A stretch of 24,000 nucleotides of DNA, taken from the NCBI GenBank assembly GCA_002841405.1, contig PGZR01000022.1:684-24683 (forward strand), given 5' to 3'. The translations under genes were made by a program, and so were the position numbers. Shown here piece after piece: positions 1 to 8,498 of the stretch (position 1 is the first letter of the stretch; every line of letters starts with the position of its first letter). The notes under the pieces were generated by a model. That model worked only from the letters and a program-made list of their open reading frames with translations, did not search any database and was not told where the DNA came from. The DNA comes from Firmicutes bacterium HGW-Firmicutes-4. GTDB taxonomy: Bacteria; Bacillota; Clostridia; Eubacteriales; Eubacteriaceae.

Positions 1-38
1 TCGAATATAAAAAAAAGCTAGTTTAAGATTATCATCGA

Positions 39-90
39 GCGCACCGCTAATGACAGCAGAGAAGTCTGCCATTAAAAGGTGCGCTTTTTC
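39..90 (+). terminator. Rho-independent terminator of the gene lying upstream of the window
   Basis: Outer stem GCGCACC (39-45) pairs with GGTGCGC (78-84). Inner pairing is TAATGaCAG/CTGcCATTA. The hairpin is followed directly by TTTTTCTT. Confidence 0.6.
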
Positions 91-117
91 TTGTATTAAA
101 ACCACGGTTCTTTTTTT

Positions 118-146
118 CTGACAATTAAAGAAAAAAATGTTATAAT
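118..146 (+). promoter_or_regulatory. Sigma-A type promoter candidate for the 185-2683 gene
   Basis: CTGACA (118-123), 17-nt spacer, TATAAT (141-146). TG at 138-139 gives an extended -10. It lies 39 nt upstream of the ATG at 185. Confidence 0.55.
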
Positions 147-184
147 TCAGCTAAATCATTAGAATGATTTTATCGAGGTGATTC

Positions 185-2683
185 ATGGATAACCGGGTAT
201 TATTTTCAATCGTTTTATTTGTGTTTTTTATCTTTTATATATTAGCAGGACTTTACATTTTTTTTAAATCTCCCAAAGAACAGATCAATCAGGTTTTATT
301 AACTGCGAGTAACGCTAGAAAGGAAAAACAGGAAAGTAGGACATTCAGTATAATTTCATCAAAAAAAGTATATCAATACCTTTCTATTGCGATGGTTTCT
401 GGTGGGATGCTTAATTTTGTGTCTCAATATCTCATTAGCAAGGAATCCAGCCTTGAGGAAGTTCTGATCCTCAGTGCTATCCTGATCTGTGGTGGCTTGA
501 TGATTCAGATTCTGCAAAGACTGAAAGTGTCGGATCAGCGAAAGGACTTTCTTTGTGTATCATTGTTGGCAGTATTGATTCCCATCATCACGCTGCAGTT
601 TAGTGAATTTGGCGCAGTTACGATTTGGGCTTTTCCATTTATTCTGATTATTGCTTTTTTAGTATTCAAAGAGAAACGCCTGCTGGGAATCATGACTGTA
701 TCCATTATTACAACTCAGATTATTGTCTGGGTGATGGTGCCGTTAACTTATGTAAAAGTCAGCGGGGTCGACTATTCGGTCAGAATTGGGCTGTTTTCTA
801 TTGGGATCTGGTTATGCTATTACATTAACAAATTGTTTTTATCCAGGCTCGATGAAACATCCGAAAAAATGCAGCTTCAGGAACTGATCACTCAAATTTC
901 ATCTGATTGTGTGGGCATCAACCAGCAGAATTTTACGGAGAATATCAAATATTTGTTAAAAACGAGCTGCGAGTTCTTTTTAGTCGACCGGACTTATATC
1001 TGTTTATTTGACTTGGATCATAAAACATTTTCATGTCTCCAGGATTATTGTCGTCCTGGGATCGAATCCAGTCAAGATCGGATTCAAAATATTTCCATTG
1101 ATTCCAGCCACTGGCGAATGGAAAAAATTCTGGGTAATGAATTGTTTGTGGCATCAGATATCAGCAAACTTCCGGAATTTGTCAATGCTGAGCTTATTAA
1201 TATGGATGTTAAGTTTCCTAGATCTCAGCTTATTGCGCCGATTGCCAGCAAAGAAAAAATTATTGGGTTCTGGGGACTTGAGACAGAGACAAGGATACAG
1301 GAATGGCAGGATGACCACCTGAATTTCGCCAAAATTATTGCCAACATACTTGGTGATACCATTTCTCGGATCGACGCAGAGAAGGAACTAAGTTACCTGG
1401 CACATTATGACGAGATTACCAAGTTGGCAAATCGGAATCTTTTTACCAACTATTTGTATTTTAGTATGGTAAAACAAGAGTTTACCGACACCTATTTAGG
1501 GATTATTTTTCTGGATCTCGATTCGTTTAAAACGGTCAATAATACAGTCGGTCATGAAATGGGAGATGAACTGCTTTTTCTGGTTGGGGAAAAGATCAAA
1601 AGTTTAGTAGATAAAAGCGACCTGGTTTCCCGTTTCAGCGGCGATGAATTTTTAATCATGATCAGTCATGTAAAAAACAAAGACGAAATGGCAGGGATTG
1701 CCGAAAAATTGATGAATCTATTTAATGAGCCATTTATCCTCAAGGGGCAGGAGTTTTTTATGACCGCCAGTGCCGGGATTGCACTCTATCCGATGGATGG
1801 CGGAGATCCGGAAGCGTTGATCATGAATGCCGACATTGCCAAATATAAGGCCAAAGAAAAAGGCCGAAATCAATATCTGCTATGTTCTGCTGATATGAAA
1901 GAAGCCGTGAATCGTCAGAATCAGCTGACGAATTTTCTCTATCGCGCCCTGGAGAAAGGTGAGCTATTTATCAACTATCAACCACAGGTAAGTCTGAGTA
2001 CAGGAAAGGTTACCGGTGTCGAGTCACTCTTGCGTTGGCAGCATCCGGAGTTGGGGCTGATTTCGCCGGGGGTGGTGATTCCGCTGGCTGAAAAAACCAG
2101 TTTGATTAATCCCATCGGAGAATGGGTGCTTGAAACAGCCTGTCGGCAGAATAAAGCCTGGCAGGATATGGGCATGGAACCGATCCTGATGGCTGTTAAT
2201 ATTTCGGCCAGTCAGTTTAAAAATCCGAATCTGATCAGTCAGATCGAGAGTATTCTCAAAAAAACCGGTCTTAAACCTGAGTATCTGGAAGTGGAAATCA
2301 CTGAAAGCACCGCAATTTTAGAATTAAGCGAGATTATCTGGAAACTAAATGGATTGAAAAAAATCGGGGTTTCCATTGCCATCGATGATTTTGGAACCGA
2401 GTATTCATCTCTGGGTCGTCTAAAAATGCTGCCGTTGGATCGACTGAAAATGGACAAACAGTTTGTCGACGGGATTGGATCCAATCATAAAGATCAGGCT
2501 ATTGCCAAGGCTATTATCCAGCTGGGCAAAAGTCTTGGTCTGTCGGTGGTGGCTGAAGGGGTTGAGGATGAAAAGCAGGTTTCCTTCTTGAAAACATCCC
2601 AATGTGATCTGATTCAGGGATACTATTACTACAAACCACTTGATGCGGCAGCAATTGCGGAAATTCTAAGACAACAGGGTTGA
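185..2683 (+). CDS. Membrane-anchored GAF-GGDEF-EAL c-di-GMP turnover protein; the EAL looks intact and the GGDEF motif reads SGDEF
   Basis: 832-aa ORF with GAGGTG Shine-Dalgarno at 175-180. About 7 hydrophobic helices in aa 1-220 and a GAF-like segment at aa ~230-395. GGDEF domain has DxLT-like KLANRNLF and RFSGDEFLIM. EAL motifs present: ESLLRWQHP, EVEITES, DDFGTEYSSL, KMDKQFV, EGVEDE, QGYYYYKP. Confidence 0.93.
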   Translation: MDNRVLFSIVLFVFFIFYILAGLYIFFKSPKEQINQVLLTASNARKEKQESRTFSIISSKKVYQYLSIAMVSGGMLNFVSQYLISKESSLEEVLILSAILICGGLMIQILQRLKVSDQRKDFLCVSLLAVLIPIITLQFSEFGAVTIWAFPFILIIAFLVFKEKRLLGIMTVSIITTQIIVWVMVPLTYVKVSGVDYSVRIGLFSIGIWLCYYINKLFLSRLDETSEKMQLQELITQISSDCVGINQQNFTENIKYLLKTSCEFFLVDRTYICLFDLDHKTFSCLQDYCRPGIESSQDRIQNISIDSSHWRMEKILGNELFVASDISKLPEFVNAELINMDVKFPRSQLIAPIASKEKIIGFWGLETETRIQEWQDDHLNFAKIIANILGDTISRIDAEKELSYLAHYDEITKLANRNLFTNYLYFSMVKQEFTDTYLGIIFLDLDSFKTVNNTVGHEMGDELLFLVGEKIKSLVDKSDLVSRFSGDEFLIMISHVKNKDEMAGIAEKLMNLFNEPFILKGQEFFMTASAGIALYPMDGGDPEALIMNADIAKYKAKEKGRNQYLLCSADMKEAVNRQNQLTNFLYRALEKGELFINYQPQVSLSTGKVTGVESLLRWQHPELGLISPGVVIPLAEKTSLINPIGEWVLETACRQNKAWQDMGMEPILMAVNISASQFKNPNLISQIESILKKTGLKPEYLEVEITESTAILELSEIIWKLNGLKKIGVSIAIDDFGTEYSSLGRLKMLPLDRLKMDKQFVDGIGSNHKDQAIAKAIIQLGKSLGLSVVAEGVEDEKQVSFLKTSQCDLIQGYYYYKPLDAAAIAEILRQQG

Positions 2684-2720
2684 AAATGGGCTGTATATCC
2701 AAATTCAACCCATTTTCGAA
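2677..2720 (+). terminator. Putative terminator hairpin after the GGDEF-EAL gene
   Basis: Two mutually exclusive stems: GGGTTGAA (2677-2684)/TTCAACCC (2704-2711), or GAAAATGGG (2682-2690)/CCCATTTTC (2709-2717). The trailing T-run is short. Confidence 0.45.
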
Positions 2721-2834
2721 GCGATTTAGGTCTAAAAAATTAAGTTGAACTAAATTATTTGCTGTTTTTATTTTTAAATCAGCGACTGCTTTGTTGATTT
2801 TCTAACAATTTGTACGACGTTCGTAAACTTAAAA

Positions 2835-2863
2835 TTTACAAAATCAAGAGTTTAGTTTATAAT
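2835..2863 (+). promoter_or_regulatory. Sigma-A type promoter candidate for the QueG-related gene
   Basis: TTTACA (2835-2840), 17-nt spacer, TATAAT (2858-2863). The implied transcription start near 2870 argues against the ATG at 2876 and for the ATG at 2900. Confidence 0.6.
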
Positions 2864-2899
2864 TGAATAAATTAGATGAATCTGATCGAGAGGCTAAAA

Positions 2900-3736
2900 A
2901 TGGACAAAATAGAAGTAAAACAACTGGCTGAAGACTTTATCGCAAACTCAACCGACAACCAGATCAAGATGGATAGCAAAGCGCCCCCTGATTTAGTTGG
3001 CGAGAAAATCTACGACGCCCCAATTTTCGGGTTTGGCGATGCCAGTGACGATGTATTTGCGATTCTTAAGGAACCTGATGTGATCGGCTGTCACTTTCGG
3101 TATCCCCGGGAGTGGTTGCCTACAGCGCAAACCGTAATCTCCTTTTTTCTGCCCTATAGCGAGGCGGTAAAAGCCAGTAACCGGGAACAGAAAATCTGGC
3201 CTTCATGGGGATGGCTGGTTGGACGGGTTGAAGGCCACCGGTTATTACGAGCCCTGTTGTTAGATCTTGAAATGCATTTGAAAAAAGCCGGCTATGCGAC
3301 AATTGTACCATCCATGGATAAAAAATTTTTCAGTATAACAGAACCGATTGAAGAGCTCTGCGGTGAACCTCTGGCATTTACCAGTAACTGGTCAGAACGG
3401 CATATTGCCTACCTCTGCGGATTAGGTACCTTTGGTTTATCTAAGGGGCTGATCACTGAAAAGGGAATTGCGGGAAGATTTGGCAGTCTGGTCACGGAGC
3501 TGCCGTTAGAACCCAATCAGCGCCCTTATGGAATTTATAATGCCTATTGCACTCAATGTGGCGCTTGTGTCAAACAATGCCCAGTGAAAGCTATTTCCAT
3601 CGAAAGCGGGAAAGACCATCGACTCTGCAGCATTTTTCTGGATAAAACTGCGGATAAATTCAGCCCTCGATATGGTTGTGGGAAATGTCAGGTCAACGTC
3701 CCTTGTGAAAGTGGTATTCCCGGCCAACATAAATAA
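2900..3736 (+). CDS. QueG-related (epoxyqueuosine reductase / reductive-dehalogenase-like) 4Fe-4S protein
   Basis: ORF track gives 2876-3736. I prefer the ATG at 2900 (MDKIEV) because GAGAGG sits at 2888-2893 and the promoter lies just upstream. Ferredoxin-type CTQCGACVKQCP motif plus a second Cys group (CGKCQVNVPCES). The ERHIAYLCGLGTFG block is typical of this family. Confidence 0.75.
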   Translation: MDKIEVKQLAEDFIANSTDNQIKMDSKAPPDLVGEKIYDAPIFGFGDASDDVFAILKEPDVIGCHFRYPREWLPTAQTVISFFLPYSEAVKASNREQKIWPSWGWLVGRVEGHRLLRALLLDLEMHLKKAGYATIVPSMDKKFFSITEPIEELCGEPLAFTSNWSERHIAYLCGLGTFGLSKGLITEKGIAGRFGSLVTELPLEPNQRPYGIYNAYCTQCGACVKQCPVKAISIESGKDHRLCSIFLDKTADKFSPRYGCGKCQVNVPCESGIPGQHK

Positions 3737-3866
3737 AAAAACGAACAAGACAAATATTTACTCTTTTTTCTTAATGCGTTTTGACGATCAATAACATGAG
3801 AGTAAGTTAAAAGAAATAAAGATCGCATTAGGCTGAGCAAAAAGAATACAGCCAGTCGATTTAAAG

Positions 3867-4424
3867 ATGGATGGTATAATGTTAACAGAAAAATACGAAA
3901 AACTGGAAGAATTGGAAAAAGTTATCGAGTTTACCTATCCAGGCATCACCCTGTTGATTCGCGACAGTAATTTGGGGGACCTGGGGTCTAAATATAAGGT
4001 GGGAATGATATTGAAAGAGTTGGGATTTACCGATGCCAGTTTACGTCGGGGCGGCATGGTTACGACCCATCGTCTGGCAATCCTATCCAACCATTATGCC
4101 AATATGCAGGCTTATGAGCATGATACCCATTGGGGATTATGTGTTTTGGAAGCGGGTTCGCATTTCAAAGTTCTGGATGTCTGCACCTGGGGAGATAAAA
4201 CCCAGATTATCCTGCTTCATTTGCCTGAAAAAGGCTGGGAAGTATTTGATACGGTCGCCACTGATATTGATCAGCAGGTTGTGGAAATCGTCAGAGAAGG
4301 ATTTGAACATTGTCTCGAACTTCCACCCATTCCTGAGCTTGCTACTGAGAGTTGGCTTAACCGATGCCATTATCCGATTGGCATGTCTGAAGCTGGAGAA
4401 TATTTCGCCCTCAGTACGGACTAA
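3867..4424 (+). CDS. Hypothetical cytoplasmic protein with no family I can name
   Basis: 185-aa ORF with codon usage like its neighbours, followed by a strong terminator. Start is ambiguous (ATG at 3867 or 3879; no clear Shine-Dalgarno). No terminator separates it from the upstream gene. Confidence 0.6.
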   Translation: MDGIMLTEKYEKLEELEKVIEFTYPGITLLIRDSNLGDLGSKYKVGMILKELGFTDASLRRGGMVTTHRLAILSNHYANMQAYEHDTHWGLCVLEAGSHFKVLDVCTWGDKTQIILLHLPEKGWEVFDTVATDIDQQVVEIVREGFEHCLELPPIPELATESWLNRCHYPIGMSEAGEYFALSTD

Positions 4425-4444
4425 AGCAAATATGATGCTTACAC

Positions 4445-4489
4445 GAATCGCGAGAAACGCCTTTGCAGGAAGATCTCGCGATTTTTTTA
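4445..4489 (+). terminator. Rho-independent terminator
   Basis: Perfect 10-bp stem AATCGCGAGA (4446-4455)/TCTCGCGATT (4474-4483) running into a T7 tract ending at 4488. Confidence 0.8.
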
Positions 4490-4633
4490 AGCAAAATTAT
4501 AGAACCCCAATCAGAGTCATGATTCGAGGACCGAGTTTGGGGTAGATACTAATAAATGGCAGCATCGTTGGGAATACTAGTGATTTGAATAAATCAGCGC
4601 CGGTCGGTTTGGTATGAATACAAGGTAGATGGG

Positions 4634-6916
4634 GTGAGCAGATTGGATGATCAAAATGCAAGACTATTAGGAGATAAAGAATCATTTTTTGAAGCGCTTT
4701 TTCGAAATAATCAGGAGATTATGCTTCTGATTGATCAAGACACGCTTGAAATTAAAGACTGCAATTGGTCAGCCTGTTTGTTCTATGGTAAAACCCGCGA
4801 GGAGATGATTACCTATAAAATCACTCATTTCAATTGTCTCAGTGAAGATCAGCTTAGAAAAGAAGTGGAGCAGGCCAAAAAAAGCGAACGCAATCAGTTT
4901 TATTTTAAGCATCGTGGAGGCAATGGAGAAATCAGAGACGTGGAGGTTCGATCAAGCCCCGTCGCTTTGGAGGGCAGAAATTACTTACTCTCGATTGTTG
5001 TGGATATCACCGGATTGCAGATCGACAGTCATGCATTGCAAAAAGAGAACACGGTGCTGGAAAAACGGGTGGCAGAACGCACCTATGCCCTGAAGGAGCT
5101 TAATGATCAGTTAATCACCGCCAAAGCAGAATTAGAGCGGGAGATGCTTTTTATCAAGGCGCTGTTTGAAAGTATTCCAGGTTATCTTTATGTCTACGAC
5201 GAAGCCGGAAAACTGATTAAATGGAATAAAAAGCATGAAGAAATGACTGGTTATTCTGACCAAGAATTAGCCCAGATGATGATAGATCAGTGGTTTGAAG
5301 GTGATGATCTGGTCAGAGTTATGGCAGCTGTGGATGATGTATTCAAAAAGGGGTATGCCGAGGTCGATGCGAATCTCATTACCAAAGGCGGAAAAAAACT
5401 TCTGATTCGTTCCAATGGGGTGGTCATGACCCTTGACGGCAAGAAATATTTTACCGGGGTAGGTATCGACATTACCGCAAGCAAACGCCTGGAAGCGGAA
5501 TTGGCAAAGAAAAGTAAACTACTTGAAACAACTTTGGTTTCCGTCGGGGATGGGGTCATCTCCTGTGATAAGGAGGGTCATGTTTTGTTCATTAACCGGG
5601 TGGCAGAAGAACTATCCGGCTGGACAAAAAATGACGCAATTGGGAAACCAATCGAAACCGTATTTAATATCATCAACGATATTAACCGGGAAAAAGCTGG
5701 AAATATTGTTGCTGAAGTGATTGACACAAAAGAAATTCACGAGTTGGATAATCATACTCTGCTGATTGCCAGGGACGGCAGTGAGCGAACCATTGAAGAC
5801 AGTGCTGCTCCCATTATTGATGAAAACGGGGATGTGCTCGGGGTAGTTCTGGTATTTCGGGATTACACTGAGAAAAAGCAGAAACTTGACCAGATTGAGT
5901 ACTTAAGCTATCATGATCAACTTACTGGGCTTTACAATCGGCGGTTTTATGAAGAAGAACTTTGTCGAATGGATACGCCAAGAAATTTACCTATGTCACT
6001 GATCATGGGGGATGTCAATGGGCTGAAACTGGTAAATGATAGTTTTGGACATGTCATGGGGGATGAGTTATTAAAAAAGGCCGCTGCGACGATTACCAAA
6101 GCCTGTCGCGCCGATGATGTGGTAGCAAGATTGGGCGGTGACGAATTTGTTGTGCTGCTACCTAAAACAGATCAAGTTGAAGCGGAACAAGTTATCGCAC
6201 GCATTGAAGATCTGGCTAAAACTGAAAAAGTCGGTACGGTAGAACTTTCAATATCATTTGGTTTTGAAACAAAACTGGATGCAGAAGAGGATATCCAGCG
6301 GATTTTTAAAAGAGCTGAAGACTATATGTATCGTCGTAAATTGACCGAAAGCCTGGGAATGCGGAATAAAACAGTCGGTATGGTGATCGAAACCTTATTT
6401 GATAAATACCAGAAGGAAATGTTCCATTCAGAACGAGTCAGCAGATTATCAGCTGAAGTTGGAACTAAAATCGGACTCAATTCCAAGGATTCCCATGATC
6501 TTCAGACCGCCGGTCTGATGCACGATATTGGTAAGATCGGAATTGCTGAAGGAATTCTCGATAAATCGGAAAAACTGAGTGAACAGGATTGGATTGAAAT
6601 ACGGCGTCATCCCGAAATTGGGTATCGAATTTTGAGTTCCGCCAACGAATTTGCCGAAATAGCGGATCATATTCTGGAACACCATGAACACTGGGACGGC
6701 AGCGGCTATCCCAAAGGACTGAAAGGCGAAGAAATTTCCTTAGAAGCTCGGATAATTGCCATTGCTGATGCCTATGATGCGATGACAAAGATGCGGTTGC
6801 ATATGAATGATCTCACGGTTGAAGAAGCCATTGAAGAAATCAACCGATGTTCAGGCACCCAGTTTGATCCGGAAATTGCCAGGGTTTTCATAAATATGAT
6901 TGAAAATGAAAATTAG
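4634..6916 (+). CDS. PAS-PAS-PAS GGDEF + HD-GYP fusion protein (diguanylate cyclase and c-di-GMP phosphodiesterase domains in one chain)
   Basis: 760-aa ORF. Three PAS-like segments at aa ~17-127, ~172-285 and ~297-415. GGDEF with an I-site (RADD, then 5 residues, then GGDEF in RLGGDEFVVLLP). HD-GYP motifs HDIGKIGI, RRHPEIGY, HHEHWDGSGYPKGL and IADAYDAM. The start is uncertain: GTG at 4634 has a weak Shine-Dalgarno, and the next in-frame ATG is at 4718. Confidence 0.9.
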   Translation: MSRLDDQNARLLGDKESFFEALFRNNQEIMLLIDQDTLEIKDCNWSACLFYGKTREEMITYKITHFNCLSEDQLRKEVEQAKKSERNQFYFKHRGGNGEIRDVEVRSSPVALEGRNYLLSIVVDITGLQIDSHALQKENTVLEKRVAERTYALKELNDQLITAKAELEREMLFIKALFESIPGYLYVYDEAGKLIKWNKKHEEMTGYSDQELAQMMIDQWFEGDDLVRVMAAVDDVFKKGYAEVDANLITKGGKKLLIRSNGVVMTLDGKKYFTGVGIDITASKRLEAELAKKSKLLETTLVSVGDGVISCDKEGHVLFINRVAEELSGWTKNDAIGKPIETVFNIINDINREKAGNIVAEVIDTKEIHELDNHTLLIARDGSERTIEDSAAPIIDENGDVLGVVLVFRDYTEKKQKLDQIEYLSYHDQLTGLYNRRFYEEELCRMDTPRNLPMSLIMGDVNGLKLVNDSFGHVMGDELLKKAAATITKACRADDVVARLGGDEFVVLLPKTDQVEAEQVIARIEDLAKTEKVGTVELSISFGFETKLDAEEDIQRIFKRAEDYMYRRKLTESLGMRNKTVGMVIETLFDKYQKEMFHSERVSRLSAEVGTKIGLNSKDSHDLQTAGLMHDIGKIGIAEGILDKSEKLSEQDWIEIRRHPEIGYRILSSANEFAEIADHILEHHEHWDGSGYPKGLKGEEISLEARIIAIADAYDAMTKMRLHMNDLTVEEAIEEINRCSGTQFDPEIARVFINMIENEN

Positions 6917-6934
6917 AATAAATTAGCCAGGAAG

Positions 6935-6973
6935 TTAACCCGACCGATCCGTTTTGCGATGTGGTCGGGTTAA
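6935..6973. terminator. Bidirectional terminator between convergent genes
   Basis: Perfect 11-bp stem TTAACCCGACC (6935-6945)/GGTCGGGTTAA (6963-6973). The 3' arm overlaps the stop codon of the minus-strand gene. Confidence 0.75.
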
Positions 6974-7626
6974 TTGTGTTTCTTCAGATTGCGAAGATTC
7001 TGAAACATAACACCGAAGGTTTCGTGTTTTACTTCAGTGGGGTCAAATTTAAGCAGCATAAAGGTGATCTGTACACAAAAACCGATGGCAAAAGCCGAAA
7101 TCACTGTACCTAAGCCAACCATCCCGCCCAATAACCAGCCAATCAGGACAACGCTGACTTCCAGAATACCGCGGCACAGGCCCACTGGTAGACCGGTTTT
7201 TCGGGTTACCGCCACCATCAGGCTGTCCCGGGGACCGGCGCCAAAGGCAGAAGAAATGTAAAAGTAGGTTCCCAGTGAAATGATAAAGAGACCAAGAATA
7301 AGCACCAGGGTTCCAATCCAAAAATTATTAAAAAGCGGGATGAAGTCTAGAATAAGAATGAGATCCATAAAGAGACCAATCATAAACATATTGAAAATGG
7401 TGCCTAATCCAATTTTTTCGCCTAACAAAAAGACGATGACAACAATAATGGCACCCACCGCTGTATTTACCAGCCCAATACTGACCCCAAGAGTTTGACT
7501 GATCCCACTGTGTAATACCTCCCAGGGAGCATAACCGATATTTGCCCGCATGGTCACAATGATCCCTAATCCATAAAGAAAAAGCCCGAAGTTCAACTTT
7601 AAAAATCTTAAAATGTAGTTAGTCAT
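6970..7626 (-). CDS. yczE: YczE-like integral membrane protein (COG2364-type)
   Basis: 218-aa polytopic membrane ORF with AGGAGGG Shine-Dalgarno upstream of the ATG. The N-terminal pattern GLFLYGLGIIVTMRANIGYAPWEVLHSG closely follows my recollection of Bacillus YczE. Confidence 0.8.
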   Translation of the reverse strand: MTNYILRFLKLNFGLFLYGLGIIVTMRANIGYAPWEVLHSGISQTLGVSIGLVNTAVGAIIVVIVFLLGEKIGLGTIFNMFMIGLFMDLILILDFIPLFNNFWIGTLVLILGLFIISLGTYFYISSAFGAGPRDSLMVAVTRKTGLPVGLCRGILEVSVVLIGWLLGGMVGLGTVISAFAIGFCVQITFMLLKFDPTEVKHETFGVMFQNLRNLKKHN

Positions 7627-7653
7627 TATGCCCTCCTAAAACGAATAAGTTCT

Positions 7654-7662
7654 AGTATAACA
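7654..7662 (-). promoter_or_regulatory. Extended -10 promoter candidate for the yczE-like gene
   Basis: The minus strand reads TGTTATACT (TGn + TATACT) about 28 nt upstream of the ATG at 7626. No convincing -35. Confidence 0.4.
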
Positions 7663-7749
7663 CAGAATCAAGGGTGGTTAAAGCCCGAATTTTTAAGGCA
7701 CTGTATTTTACCAAATCTGAAGATTTGCTGTTTTGCTGTCTTGAAAATG

Positions 7750-7758
7750 TGGTATACT
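7750..7758 (+). promoter_or_regulatory. Extended -10 promoter candidate for the flavoprotein gene
   Basis: TGGTATACT (TGn + TATACT) lies 50 nt upstream of the ATG at 7809. The nearby TTGAAA (7741-7746) is too close to act as its -35. Confidence 0.4.
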
Positions 7759-7808
7759 AAAACCAGCAAAATAGAACAGATGGAGCATCGCGCTTCGGGA
7801 GGTTAGAG

Positions 7809-8444
7809 ATGAAAGTAATAGGCATTAATGGAAGTCCTCATGGAGAAGGAAATACGTTTACGGCACTGAGTATTGCCGGTGAAATTTTTGCTCAGGAAAG
7901 CATTGAATTTGAAATTTTCAATGTTGGCATGAAAGCCGTACAGGGCTGTACTGGCTGTAATGCTTGCGGCAAGAATAAAAATGAACAGTGTATCTTTACT
8001 AAAGATTTTGTTAATGAAGGCATTCAAAAGATTAAAGAAGCCGATGGTGTTATTTTTGCCAGTCCTGTTCATTTTTCAGGGATAAGCGGAAATATGAAGT
8101 CGTTTCTGGATCGGGCTTTCTATGTGGCGGGAGCCAACGGTGGGCTTTTTCGTCATAAAGTTGCTGGTGCCCTGGTGGCGGTCAGACGTTCTGGAGGGGT
8201 AGCAACCATCGACCAATTGAATCACTATATTACCTATTCGGAAATGGTGATGGCAACCGGAAACTATTGGAATGTCATTCATGGTCGAACTGCTGGTGAA
8301 GCATCCCAGGATACTGAAGGCGCCCAGACCATTGAGGTCACTGCTGCTAATATGGTCTGGCTGATGCGGCTCATTGAAAACGGCAAAGGTGTAGTTGCTG
8401 AGCCAAATCCCTTTAAAAAGGTATATATGCATTTTGTCCGATAG
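7809..8444 (+). CDS. Iron-sulfur flavoprotein (Isf-like, NADPH-dependent FMN reductase / flavodoxin-like fold)
   Basis: 211-aa ORF with GGGAGG Shine-Dalgarno at 7797-7802. N-terminal MKVIGINGSPHGEGNT is an FMN-reductase-type P-loop-like motif. Compact Cys motif C47-x2-C50-x2-C53-x7-C61. Confidence 0.85.
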   Translation: MKVIGINGSPHGEGNTFTALSIAGEIFAQESIEFEIFNVGMKAVQGCTGCNACGKNKNEQCIFTKDFVNEGIQKIKEADGVIFASPVHFSGISGNMKSFLDRAFYVAGANGGLFRHKVAGALVAVRRSGGVATIDQLNHYITYSEMVMATGNYWNVIHGRTAGEASQDTEGAQTIEVTAANMVWLMRLIENGKGVVAEPNPFKKVYMHFVR

Positions 8445-8457
8445 GTAATATCGTTTC

Positions 8458-8498
8458 AGCCAATAAAAAAACACGTTCAACGTGTTTTTTTATTGGCT
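8458..8498. terminator. Bidirectional terminator between convergent genes
   Basis: Perfect 18-bp arms AGCCAATAAAAAAACACG/CGTGTTTTTTTATTGGCT around a TTCAA loop. A/T runs lie on both sides, and the hairpin overlaps the stop of the minus-strand gene. Confidence 0.85.

Noticed and set aside
3771-3831. Inverted repeat TTAATGCG ... CGCATTA with a ~45-nt loop between the Fe-S gene and the orphan gene
   Set aside because: The stem is short, the loop is very long, and no T-run follows. It is not convincing as a terminator or a structured RNA.
3867-4424. Faint ADP-ribosyltransferase-like pattern (LIRD ... GFTDASL ... CVLEAGSHFKVLDV) in the orphan 185-aa protein
   Set aside because: The catalytic ExE/QxE position reads GLC and the STS motif reads DAS. 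The resemblance is too weak and is made by eye only.
4033-4545. 170-aa plus-strand ORF overlapping 3867-4424 in another frame
   Set aside because: It runs through the strong terminator at 4445-4489 and has an unusual Arg/Ser/Leu-rich composition. The competing frame ends neatly before the terminator.
4490-4633. Possible c-di-GMP or other riboswitch in the leader of the PAS-GGDEF-HD-GYP gene (ACCCCAA ... TTGGGGT stem around 4504-4543)
   Set aside because: I could not match it to the GEMM-I/II features I remember. An isolated 7-bp stem is not evidence of a riboswitch, and an Rfam scan would be needed.
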